Shown here piece by piece: positions 1-11,649 of a stretch of 64,000 bases of DNA. How positions within the stretch are numbered: the first letter of the stretch is position 1; every line of letters begins with the position of its first letter. The notes beneath the pieces were generated by a model, which saw only the letters and a program-made list of their open reading frames with translations, did no database searches and had not been told where the DNA came from. The position numbers and the translations under genes are program-made. The stretch lies in assembly GCA_013239625.1 (NCBI GenBank), contig MU054187.1:15330941-15394940 (forward strand). Direction: 5' to 3'. Source of the stretch: Lama guanicoe. Taxonomy: Eukaryota.

Positions 1-560
1 AGTGTGGAGATTCCTCAAAAGACTAGGAATAGACTTACCATATGACCCAGGAATCCCACTCCTGGGCTTGTATCCAGAAGGAAATCTACTTCAGGATGAC
101 ACCTGCACCCCAATGTTCATAGCAGCACTATTTACAATAGCCAAAACATGGAAACAACCTAAATGTCCATCAACAGGTGACTGGATAAAGAAGATGTGGT
201 ATATTTATACAATGGAATACTACTCAGCCATAAAAACCGACAACATAATGCCATTTGCAGCAACATGGATGCTCCTAGAGAATGTCATTCTAAGAGAAGT
301 AAGCCAGAAAGAGAAAGAAAAATACCATATGAGATCGCTCATATGTGGAATCTAAAAAAACAAAAACAAAAACAAAAACAAACAAACAAAAACAAAGCAT
401 AAATACAGGACAGAAATAGACTCATGGACAGAGAATACAGACTTGTGGTTACCGGTGGGGGGGTAGAGGATGGGAAGGGATAGACTGGGATTTCAAAATT
501 GTAGAATAGATAAACAAGAAAAAAAATTAATAAATAAAAAATAAAAGTTCAAAAAAAAAA
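1..560 (+). mobile_element. Young L1 3' end: ORF2 C-terminus (2-355), shortened 3'UTR, A-rich tail
   Basis: Uninterrupted ORF 2..355 is the L1 ORF2 C-terminal region (WRFLKRLGIDLPYDPGIPLLG...CTPMFIAALFTIAKTWKQPKCPS...WIKKMWYIYTMEYYSAIK); followed by a G-rich 3'UTR and A tail at ~519-560. Confidence 0.95.
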
Positions 561-3500
561 TAATTACCTTAAATGTCAATGGACTAAATGCTCCAGTCAA
601 AAGGCATAGAGTGGCAGATTGGATAAAAAACAAGAAACTACAATATGCTGCCTAAAAGATACCCCTTTAGGGCGAAGGACACATATGGACTGAAAGTAAG
701 GAGATGGAAAAAAAAAATTTCTTGCAGATGGAAATGATGAGAAAGCAGCTGTAGCAATACTCGTATCAGACAAAATAGACTTTAAAACAAATGCCATAAA
801 GAAACACAAAGGATACTATACAATGATAAAAAGATCAACATAAGAAAAGGATTTTACACTCATTAACATATATGCACCCAACATAGGAGCACCTAAATAC
901 ATTAAAAAATATTAACAGACATAAAGGGAGAAACTGATGGAATACAATAATAAAAGGAGACTTTAACACCCCACTCACATCGATGGACAAATCTTCTAGA
1001 CAGAAAATCAATAAGGTAACAGAGATTCTAAATGGTACAACAGAACAGTTAGACAATTGATATTTTCAGGACACTATATCCATAAACCCATAAACACATT
1101 CTTTTCAAGTGCACATGGAACATTCTCTAGGACTGACCATATACTAGGAAGCAAAACAAGCCTCAACAAATTTAAGAGGATAGAAATTATTTCAAGCATC
1201 TTTTTTGACTGCAACAGCAGGAAACTAGAAATTAACCAGAAAAAGAGAAACAAGAAGAAAATGATTATATGGAAACGAAACAACATGCTACTAAAAAAAA
1301 AAAGAAAGAAAGAAAAAATGGGTCAACAATGAAATCAAAGGAGAAATATAAAAATGCCTTGAGACAAATGACAATGAAAACACAACCATACAAACTCTAA
1401 GGGATGAAGCAAAAGTAGTTCTTAGAGGGAAGTTCATAGTGATACAGGCCTTCCTCAAAAAATAAGAAAAATCTCAAATAAACAACTCCTACAACCTAAA
1501 AGAATTAGAAAAAGAAAAAGAAAACCAAAGTTGGTAGAAGGAAGGAAATAATAAAGATCAGAGAGGAAATAAAACAGAGATTTAAAAACAGTAGAAAAAT
1601 AAATAAAACCAAGAGCTGGTTCTTTGAAAGGGTAAACAAAATCAGCAAATCTCTGGTCAGGCTCACCAAGAAAAGAAAACAGAGGACCCAAATAAACCAA
1701 GTAATAAATGAAAGAGGAGAAATAACAATGAATATCACAAAAATACAAAAAACCATAAAAGAATACTATGAACAATTAGATGTCAAAAAATTGGACAACC
1801 AAGAAGGAATGGACAAGTTTCTAGAAACATACAGCCCACAGAAACTGAACCAAGAAGAATTAGACAATCTGACCAGACCAATCACTAGAAGTGAAATAGA
1901 ATCTGTAGTTTAAAAAACTTCCCTGCAAACAAAAGTCCAGGACCAGATGGATTCACAGGGGAATTCTACCAAACACACAAAGAACTTAAACCAATCCTAC
2001 TCAAACTCTTCCAAAAGACTTTGGGAACACTCCCAAAGTCATTCTATAAAACCACCATCACCCTGTACCAAAACCAGGCAAAGGTAATACCAAAAAACAA
2101 AATTAGAGGCCAATATCTTCAGTGAATGTAGATGCAAAAGTTCTCAACAAAATGTTAGCAAACCAAATCCAACAACACATAAAAAAGATCATACATTATG
2201 ATCAAGTTGGAGTCATCCTAGGGTCATAAGGATAATTCAATATGTGCAAATCAATCAACATGATACACCACATAAACAAAAGAAAAGAAAAAATCCACAA
2301 GATCTCAGTAGATGCAGAAAAAGCACTTGATAAAATTCAATATCCATTCATGACAAAAACTCTTACCAAAGTGGGTATAGAGGGGACATATCTCAACATA
2401 ATAAAAGCTATTTATGACAAACCAACAGCTAACATAATACTCAATGGTGAAAAGGTGAAACTTCCCCGCTAAAATCTAGAACAAGACAAGGAAGCCCATT
2501 CCCACCATGTCTATTCAACATAGTATTGGTAGTCCAAGCCATAGCAGTCAGACAAGAAAAAATAGAAAAAAAAAAAGTATCTAAGTTGGAAAAGAAGAGG
2601 TAAAATTCTCATTATATGCAGATGACATGGCACTATATATATATAGAAAACCCCAAAGATTCTGCACAAAAACTTCTAGAACTGATAAACAAATTCAGCA
2701 AGGCAGCAGGATACAAGATCAACATACAGAAATCTGTTGCATTTCTTTATAATAACAATGAAATATCAGAAAGAGAAAGTAAATAAAAAGCAACCTCTTT
2801 TTCAAATTGCATCAAAAAATACCTAGGAATAAAACTGACCAAGGAAGTGAAAGGTTTGTATGCTGAAAACTATAAAACATTGATAAAGGAAACTGATGAT
2901 AATTCAAAGAAATGGAAGCTATACCATACTCTTGGATTGGAAGAATTAATAATGCTAAAACGGCCATACTATCCAAAGTAATCTACAGATTTAATGTGAT
3001 CCCTATCAAATTATACGTGACATTTTTCATAGAACTAGAACAAATAATCCTAAAATTTACATGCAACCATAAAAGAACCAGAATTGCCAAAGCAATCATG
3101 AGGGAAAAGAACAAAGCAGGAGACATAACCCTCCCAGACTTCAGGCAGTACTATAAAGCAAATCAAAACATTGTGGTATTGGCACAAAAACACACATACA
3201 GATTAACAGAAGAGAACAGAGAGCCCAGAAATAAACTCACACACTTGACTGTCAATTAGTCTTTGACAAAGGAGGCAACAATATACAATCAAGAAAAGAC
3301 AGTCTCTTCAGCTAGTGGTGTTAGGAAAGCTGTACAGCTGCCTATAAATCAAGTAAGTTAGAACACACCCTCACACCATAGACAAAAATAAACTCAAAAT
3401 GGCTTTAAGATTTATAAATATAAGACAAAACACCATAAAACTCCTAGAAGAGAACACAGGCAGAACACTCTGACATAAATTGTAGCAATGCTTTCTTATG

Positions 3501-4665
3501 TCAGTCTCTCAAGGCAATCAAAATAAAAGCAAAAATAAACAAATGGGACCTAATCAACAAACATGAGCTTTTGAACAGCAAAGGAAACCATAAACAAAAT
3601 GAAAAAACAACCTATATAATGGGAGAAAATATTTGCAAATGACTGACAATGGATTAATTTCCAAAATATACGAACAGCTCATATGACTCCATGTAAAAAA
3701 AAACCCCAAATAACCCAATCAAAAAATGAACAACAGACCTAAGCAGACATTTCTCCAAAGAAGACATACAGATGCCCAATAGGCACATGAAAAGATGCTC
3801 AGCATCGCTAATTATTGGAGAAATGCAAATCAAAACTACAATGAGGTATCACTTCACACCTGTCAGAATGGCCATCATTAAAAAGTCTAAAAATAACAAA
3901 TGCTATAGAGGATGTGGAGAAAGGGAAACCTCCTACACTGCTGGTAGGAATGTAAACTGGTGCAGCCACTATGGAAAACAGTACGAAAGTTCCTTATAAA
4001 ACTAAAAACAAGAGTTAACCATATGGTCCAGGAATCTCTCTCCTGGGCATATATCTGGAGAAACTATAATTTGAAAATATACATGCACGTCAATGTTCAC
4101 ATATCAGCTGTATGTACAATACCCAAGACATAGAATTGACCTTGCTGTCCATGGACAGATAAAGAAGATGTAGTATACACACACAATAGAAAACTAGTCA
4201 GCCATAAAAATAAATGAAATACTGCCATTTGCAGCATCATGGATGGACCTAGAGGTTATCATACTAAGTGAAGTAAATCAGAAAGAGAAAGACAAATACC
4301 ATACGATATTACTTACATGCAGGATTAAAATATGACACAAATAACTTATTTACAAAACAGAAACAGACTCACATATGTAGAAAACAAACTTATGGTTACC
4401 AAAGGGAAAAGTGGGTGGGAGAGGGGCAAAGCAGGAGTTTGGGACTAGCAGATACAAACTACTATGTATAAAATAGATTAACAACAAGTTCCTACTGTAT
4501 AGCACAGGGAACTATGTTCAACATCCTGTAATGAATCCTAACGGAAAAGAACATAAAAAAGAATATGTATATACATGTAAAACTGAAACACTTTTCTGTA
4601 CATCAGAAACTAACACAACATTCTTAATCAACTATACGTCAATAAGAAAGGAAAAAGAAAAAATA
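561..4665 (+). mobile_element. Decayed L1: nearly complete ORF2 (endonuclease, RT, C-terminus; frameshifted) plus 3'UTR and A-rich tail
   Basis: Starts with the ORF2 N-terminal motif (attaccttaaatgtcaatggactaaatgctcca). ORF fragments match L1 ORF2 ([82 protein letters not shown]). Cetartiodactyl-type 3'UTR (gtatagcacagggaactat...aactaacacaacatt) at ~4330-4645. Confidence 0.95.
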
Positions 4666-5376
4666 AAATATTTTTAACTGAACGATAATGAAAAAATGAT
4701 GAAAACATTTGGGTGATAGTAATGGCTCAATAATAAAGTTATAGCTTTAAATGCATATAGTAGAAAAGAAAAAAGTTAAAAATTAATGATTTAAGCTTCT
4801 ATCACATGAATCTCATTGAGAAACAACAATGTAAACTCAGAGATTATAGAAGAAAAAAGAATAAATATAAGAGCAAAAATTGATGAAAGAGATCAGGTAA
4901 TGATGGAAAGCATAGACACATTAAAAAGTCCTTATTTGAAAAGATTAATTAAAGTGATACCCCTTTAACAAGGTATATTAAGAATGAAAAACTGGAACCC
5001 CTATGATCCTGCAAATATTAAAGTAAAATAAAAAATAAATAGCAATGCATTTGAAAATTCTGATAGAATACATAAAATACTTGGAAAAAAAATAACAAAA
5101 CTTCCATAGGAAAAAATGGAAAAGCTTAATAACAACATATCAACTAACTGAATTGAACTGGCAATTAAAAACATTCCTTCAAAGAACACTTCAGGTGAAT
5201 TATCCAAGCATTTGAGAAAGAAGTAATAATAAAATTCCATAAACTCTTCCAAAAAGTAGTAAAATGAAGAATACTTTCCAATTTGTTTTATGTGGCCAGC
5301 ATAATCTTGATACATCAACCTGTCAAGGACATTACCAAAAATAATAATTATAGGCCAGTACTTCTCAAAAAATACA

Positions 5377-5758
5377 CATCAGAAAAAAAGATTAAAGAAA
5401 AAAGTTTAGGTGATACAAGCAAAATTATTTAACACTTTGTAGAGTGGACAATCTCCTTTCAGAGAACTACAAAATTGGGCAGAAGCCAAGATGATTTTAT
5501 GGAGTAGAGAATTAAGAACAAGGAAGAGACAAATAGAAAATATCTGATGGCTGGGGCCACATGTCAATCTTGTTTGGGGTAAGAAGGCTCAGACTTGGCT
5601 TGGTGTTTGGGGACTGGCTGACTGAACGTACTCTGTTTCTGGTTAAGGGGAGCATTTACAGGGAAACACGAAACACGGGTGTTACCTAAGTTTAGGTCTG
5701 CTGATTTGGTGTCTCAACAGTAGCTGCTCCATCTTGGGTCTAGGAAGTTATTTCAACA
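5377..5758 (-). mobile_element. ERV1-like solo LTR inserted in the old L1M
   Basis: Non-L1 block interrupting L1 ORF2; the minus strand starts TGTTGAAATAACTTCCTAGACCCAAGATGGAG, the TG start and CCAAGATGG motif typical of ERV1 LTR 5' ends; left boundary approximate. Confidence 0.6.
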
Positions 5759-5808
5759 CAAGAGACAAAACCTAACTAAAGTATTCAAATAGAATCGAGT
5801 TTTATAAA

Positions 5809-5820
5809 TGTGTGTGTGTG

Positions 5821-5853
<33 letters not shown>
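5809..5853. repeat. Interrupted (TG)n microsatellite
   Basis: Read directly. Confidence 0.95.
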
Positions 5854-5854
<1 letters not shown>

Positions 5855-7183
5855 ATAGTATGTTATTATGACCAGTAGGTATTCACTCCAGTAATTTAAA
5901 CTTTACCATTCAGAAATCAATCAATATAATTATCAGTTATTAGTATAAAGAAGAAAATTCATATACCATCTGAATAGAATCAGAAAGATCATTTAATAAA
6001 AATTAGCACACTATCAAAAAAAAAAGTAATCTTTCATTGTTTTGGAAAAGAAGAGAAATTCCTAAAGTTGATAAAGGCTTTTGACTAATGCCTTAACTGC
6101 TATCATCGTATTTATGTGGTTAAATACTGAATACAATTTTCTACTGAGGTAAGAATAAAACAACAATGTACATTATCATCACTTCTAGTCAATATTTGTA
6201 CTTGAGTCTTAGGTACTGCAATATACCAAAAGGAAAAAATATATAAAATATAGAAGAGACAAATTAAAACTTTCATTATTAATGCAAGGCATGACTGCAT
6301 ACATAAAAATCCTAAAGAATTTACCAATAATTAGAACTGATAAGTAAATGAGACAAGGTTACTAGATATTTAAATGTCAGCTTGATTTTCTTCTTATTAA
6401 CAACAAAAACTAAATGAAATTTTTAAAATTCACTTATAATTTACCTAAAAACATACAAAACACAAATGCTGAGAGAAGTTTCATTCAATAGTTGATTGAA
6501 ATGTATGTATCTTGTTCATGCATTGGAAAACAACATTTTTAAGATACTAGTACCCTCCATATTGATCTCCAAATTCAATGCAATCCATATAAAATTCCAG
6601 TGTGTATTTTTGTGAAAATTGATCAGGTGAATCTAAAATGTATATGAAAAGGCAAAAAACCTAGAATGTCCATGAAAATCTTGAATTGAAGGAGCAATGA
6701 AATGGAAGAAATACATTACCAGATCTCAGGACTAATTTTACAACTACTGCAACTCCAGGGTGGTATTGGCACAAGGATAGAAAAATCAAAATGAATGGAA
6801 TGTCCAGAAACATATATGCTTCCTGATTTATGACACAGGCACCACTGCAGTTCATTAGGAAAAGGCTGATATTTTTCTATAAATGGTTCCTTGTCAATTT
6901 AATATCCATTTGAAAAAAATTTTAAGCCCTACCTCTCACGATACACCGAAATTAAGTTGAGACAGATTCATAGATATACAAGTGAAGTGAAAAGAACAAT
7001 AATCAAGTTTCTAGAAAGAAACCTAAGAGAATCTTCATAACTTTGGGGTAGACAAACATTTCTTAAACAGGGCACAAGAAATATTAAACCTAAACGAATG
7101 GATTAATAAATCAAACTTCATTAAAAGTAAGACCTTCTGCTTATCAAAAGATGGCATCAAGAGAATGAAAAGGCAAATCATGA

Positions 7184-8067
7184 AGACAGTCTTTTTAAAT
7201 GGTGCTGGTAGAACTGGACAGCTGCATGTAAAATAATAAAATTAGAACATTTCCTCATACCATATACAAAAATAAACTCAAAATGGATTAAACACCCAAA
7301 TGTGAAAACTGAAACCATAAAGCTCCTAGAAGAGAACACAGGCAGAAAGTTCTTTGACATAAATCACAGCAATATTTTCTTGGGATCAATCTCCTAAGGC
7401 AAAAGAAGTAAAAGTAAAAATAAACAAATGGTACGTAATTAAACTTAAAAACTTGTGCACAGCAATGGAAACCATCGACAAAATGAAGACAACCTACTGA
7501 ATGGGAGAAAATGTTTGCAAATGATATGGCCAATAAGGGGTTAATGTCCAAGCTATATAAACAGCTCATACAAGTCAATATCAAAACAAAACAAAACAAA
7601 ACCCAAACAAATGGGCAGAAGAACTGAACAGACATTTTTTTTTCCAAAGAAGATATACAGATGGCTAACAGGCATATGAAAAGATGCTCAATATGGCCAA
7701 TGATTAGAGAAATGCAAGTCAAAACCGCAAGGTATCACCTCATGGCTGCCAGAATGGCCATCATCAATAAGCCTACAAATAACAAATACTGGTGAGGGTG
7801 TGGAGAGAAGGGAACCCTTGTACACTATTGGTGGGAATATAAATTGGTGCATCCACCATAGAACACAATGTGGAGGTCTCAAAAAGCTAAAAATAGAACT
7901 ACTATATGATACAGCAGTTCCAGTACTGGATAAATATCTGAAAAAAATGAGAACACAAATTCGAAAAGATACATGCACTCAAATGTTTATAGCAGAATTA
8001 TTTATAATAGCCAAGATATAGAAACAATCCAAGTGTCCATCAACAGATGAATGCATTAAAAAATTGT

Positions 8068-8101
<34 letters not shown>

Positions 8102-8520
8102 GGACTAATACTCAGCCATAAAAAAGAATAAAATTTTGCCATTTGCAACAATACGGATGGACTTGGAGGGTATTATGCTTAGTAAAATAAGTCAGAGAAA
8201 GATAAATACTGTATGTTATCACTTATATGTGTAATATAAAAAATATAACAAATGTATATAACAAACAGAAACAGACTCATAGAGAACAAACTAATGGTTA
8301 CTAGTAGGGAGAGGTAAGAGGGAGCAAGATGGGAGTAGGGGATTAAGGGTACAAATTACTAGATATAAAATGAATAAGCTACAAGATATATTGTACAGCA
8401 CAGGGAAATATAGCCATTATAGTGTAATAACTTCAAATGGAGTATAAGCTAAAAAATACTGAATCACAATACTGTACACCTGAAACTAATATAATATAGT
8501 AAATCAACTTCAATCATAAA
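7184..8520 (+). mobile_element. 5'-truncated L1 (ORF2 3' part plus 3'UTR) with 16-bp TSD
   Basis: ORF2 C-terminal motifs (KKLKIELLYDTAVPVL..KDTCTQMFIAELFIIAK); TSD aaaaggcaaatcatga (7168-7183) / aaaaggcaaagcatga (8521-8536); internal (AT)n at ~8071-8098. Confidence 0.93.
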
Positions 8521-8660
8521 AAAAGGCAAAGCATGATCTGGGAAAAACAGTTTATGATGCACTTCTGGAAGTTTTTATATCCAGAATTATTGAATAAATC
8601 AATTAGAAAAAGATAGACTTAAAATTCTAAACAATGACAATCCATTTGAATTTTTATTTT

Positions 8661-8698
8661 CATTCCAATTTTAGTGTATGTGCTGCTGAAGCGAGCAC
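8661..8698 (-). pseudogene. RNU6: 3'-truncated U6 snRNA retrocopy (first ~38 nt) with TSD
   Basis: Minus strand reads gtgctcgcttcagcagcacatacactaaaattggaatg versus the U6 5' end GTGCTCGCTTCGGCAGCACATATACTAAAATTGGAACG (3 mismatches); flanked by ttgaatttttatttt at 8646-8660 and 8699-8713. Confidence 0.93.
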
Positions 8699-8715
8699 TT
8701 GAATTTTTATTTTCA

Positions 8716-9440
8716 AAGATATAATTGGTTTTTACTCATAACTGCTTGGTTATTATTTATAGCATCTTATTCCCTTTATATATTTATAGGCTTCTTTTAT
8801 TTCTTGATGAAATTAAATATAGTTATTTTATGCTCTACATCTGTTAATTCAAATATATGAATTTCTTTCTGGTTTGTTTTTGTTGTGGTTTTGACTTAAA
8901 GCTCCCCTCTCCCGACCCTCTTCACACAACCAGAAACGTTATCTGTAGATTATTTGAGGCCTGGGTTGAAGCCCAGTCCTTCTAAGAGGAGCTTCTTTTG
9001 CTCCAGTTAGTCCCACAGGGAGGATATCAATCTGAAACTATCTTAAATTAAGTTCCTTGATTCAGATTTTTCAGACCGCAAAGACAAAGTGGATTTGGAC
9101 TAGAAACATCTGTCGTATAAGAACTAGCTTGTGGTTACAAATTCTCAAGGACGATTTTATGTTCTGGCACTTAGTGCCAAGCTCAAGTCAGGCCAAGTTT
9201 TCCAGCTGTCCCCTCCTGTGTGGTGGGTTTATTTCTCACCCTCTCTTACACACACTGATGGGGTCCAGCATTATGCGAAGTCTCCTGTGAGACTGCCCAC
9301 CTGCTTCCTCTTTTATTATAATATTTCTCAGACTCCTTTCTTCTATGTCAGCTCAGTGACAAATTAAAGCAAATAAATATTCTATATAGAATTTTAGTAA
9401 TTTTAAATATGAGGGGTTTTCAAGGTATTTATGTTACTAA
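8716..9440 (-). mobile_element. Probable ancient L1M 5'-region remnant
   Basis: T-rich stretch followed by tatttgaggcctgggttgaag and cttaaattaagttccttg motifs resembling old L1ME 5' ends; very diverged. Confidence 0.35.
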
Positions 9441-9519
9441 TCTGCTAGAATCAGGGTTGTGTCTTTGCTCTAATGTTACATCTGAAGAGGATTTGGAGGA
9501 ATCGTTGTGCAACATAAAC

Positions 9520-9590
9520 AAGATAAGTGGCAGAGCCAGGATTGGAAGCCAGGCAAATTAACTCCAGACTGGGTTCTTAACCACTGCTGA
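9520..9590 (-). mobile_element. MIR fragment
   Basis: aagtggcagagccaggattggaagccaggc...actccaga...tcttaaccact matches the antisense MIR 5' region. Confidence 0.7.
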
Positions 9591-9677
9591 ATTTTGTATG
9601 TAGATTTCTTGACATGATTGCTAGTGAATTAGCAGAAATTCGATAAATATTGAATAATGGCATTGCTCCTAGTTAAA

Positions 9678-9827
9678 GACTGAGTAACTGGTTATAAGCA
9701 ATAACAACAGTAAACATTGTTAAAATAAGTAATAACACAAGTGATTTTAGAAGTGACTGAGTGGTTATAAGCAATAACAACAGTAAACATTGTTAAAATA
9801 AGTAATAACACAAGTGATTATAGAAGT
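9678..9827. repeat. Two-copy tandem duplication (77 bp + 73 bp)
   Basis: Copies 9678-9754 and 9755-9827 differ by a 4-bp indel and one substitution. Confidence 0.95.
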
Positions 9828-9927
9828 GAAAGTAGCTGGAGCACAGAAACCCAAGGAACCATGTCTTAGATGGATTCTCCATATATTGCAATGTTCACCC
9901 ATAATTGCATCAAGAGAAATGATCTTG

Positions 9928-10069
9928 GGGAGGAGGGTATAGCTCAATGGTAGAGTGTGTGCTTAGCATGCACAAGTTCCTGGGTTCAATCCCCGGTACC
10001 TCCACTAAAAATAATAACTAAGTAAACCTAATTATCTCCCCAAATATATAAATTAAATTAGAGAGAGAG
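9928..10069 (+). mobile_element. tRNA-derived SINE (camelid Vic-1-like) with 15-bp TSD
   Basis: A box (tagctcaatggtaga), B box (gggttcaatccc), non-tRNA 3' part (aaacctaattatctcccc), AT/GA tail; TSD agagaaatgatcttg at 9913-9927 and 10070-10084. Confidence 0.92.
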
Positions 10070-10992
10070 AGAGAAATGATCTTGCTTTTGGATCCACCCT
10101 CTGACACTATATCATCAAACCCTTATGCAATGTTTTTGATCCTTCCCTAAAGTTAGGCATTTTGCTGTATATAATTTAATTTCTGATGTACTCATATTAT
10201 TTGTAGTATAAAATATTTTTTACATTTTGACTTTCCTCCTCCTAAATCAAAATAAATCTTTCAGTTTTGCAATTTGAATTCTGTAAAATATTTATGAACT
10301 ACCATAGTTTGCCCCCACTCTCCACTGAAATACTGGTAGGTAATTCTGCTATTTAAACTCTTCCCATTTAGAGTTTTTATCAAGTTTCTAATAGTCTTGT
10401 CAAGCAGAGATTTTCCCCAAGTTTAAAAGCTTACTATATGTTCTGGTAATTTGAGCATTCATAGATAGTTGAGAAAAAAAATTCCAATATATAGTATTTT
10501 AATATAATTAAAGTATATTCACATTTATCTACAGTTTAAAAACCTTTAGCACTTAACTAAAACCTGGCTTTAGTTGTTTCGAATATCTTTTTTCATTCTA
10601 AAATTTTGAGAGAGTAGAAATAGTTTCCCAAATCACAACTCTAGATGCTGGAACTAGCTAGATTCCAATATGAATATAGAAATGGAAATAATACGTAATT
10701 TAAGTACAATGGCTTACAATATAGGTAGCTTTAGATTTTTGGCTAAGTGGTAGATTGTTATTCCAAAAGACTAATTGGATGTCTGGAGTTGGACAAAGGG
10801 TTAGTAGACTGAGAGTTGAGGAACATTAAATAGAAACCAAAGAATGAGCAAGGTAATAGTTTTGTAATTAAAAAAAACTGTTAACTCTTGCTCCACCAAA
10901 CAGGTTAACATTTCCTCTGGAATTACTCTTTCATTGTTGTTTCATCATGAAACAGAATTTTTCTACTGGCTATCTCAGGTTCGCAATTACCC

Positions 10993-11045
10993 AAAGAAAA
11001 AGTTGAATTTTGTTTAAAAAAAAAAAAAGAAAAAGTTGAATTTTG
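10993..11045 (+). repeat. Orphan poly(A) insertion with 20-bp direct repeats
   Basis: aaagaaaaagttgaattttg at 10993-11012 and 11026-11045 flanking tttaaaaaaaaaa. Confidence 0.8.
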
Positions 11046-11231
11046 AGGCTTGCCTTAGAGGCACTACACTTTACATTGATGAATAGTTCAAATAAATGCT
11101 TTGATAAAGCAAAGAGTTTCAGAAACAATGAAAGGAAAGAACATAAGATACCTTTATTGCTATCGCTTCATGTTATAAAACATTAATTCACTTAGAGAAA
11201 TGGATACAATTTTCACTGCACTCTCACTTAC

Positions 11232-11314
11232 GGTTTTCACTTGGACAAAAAAGCAAAGAATTCCAAGAGGTTTCCATGGAGGATTGAGAGAAGTTCAAAG
11301 AAAAATTAAAATTC
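11232..11314 (-). other. Candidate internal exon (83 nt) containing a start codon; would begin METSWNSLLFCPSEN (phase-1 donor); gene unidentified
   Basis: Minus-strand acceptor tctctttgttatatgttttaaagtag|G, donor ACC|GTAAGT, ATG at 11277-11275 in context tccATGG; non-repeat sequence downstream of the CpG promoter. Confidence 0.35.
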
Positions 11315-11649
11315 CTACTTTAAAACATATAACAAAGAGATTGTGCCTGCTGAAGGGAAGAGGAATCTATTAAACTACAAACTTAGGAAACACCTTGCTC
11401 AGGACCAGCAGTAGGTCAGAATGTCTATCTTTCTAGTTCTAATTTGTAGGATCTTTTCTTCCCCCACCCGGATTTGGTGAACGGGGAACACGGCACTTTT
11501 GGACATGGATTATGAATGGGCACCTATCTACACTGATACTTCCTCTAAAACGTAAACCAGCCTGTTCATCAGTAAGGTCGTATCAGTACCCAGAAGACAT
11601 CCTCTTGAGCAGAGTTCAGATGCTTAGTTTAGAAAGTAGCCATGCCTAC

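Larger units (their letters stand above)
4666..8640 (+). mobile_element. Old, highly diverged L1M ORF2 remnant that hosts later insertions; segments ~4666-5376, 5759-7183, 8521-8640
   Basis: Diverged ORF2-like sequence (atagctttaaatgcatatagtagaaaagaa; aaattcaatgcaatcc; cttcataactttggggtagacaaacatttcttaaacagg) that resumes collinearly after each insertion. Confidence 0.75.

Noticed and set aside
2..8021. Many ORFs of 60-144 aa, including hydrophobic minus-strand ORFs
   Set aside because: They are fragments of L1 ORF2 or antisense readings of A-rich L1 DNA, not host genes or membrane proteins.
9928..10005. tRNA-like sequence (also 41790-41868)
   Set aside because: Each is followed by a SINE-specific 3' segment and tail and flanked by TSDs, so these are SINEs rather than tRNA genes.
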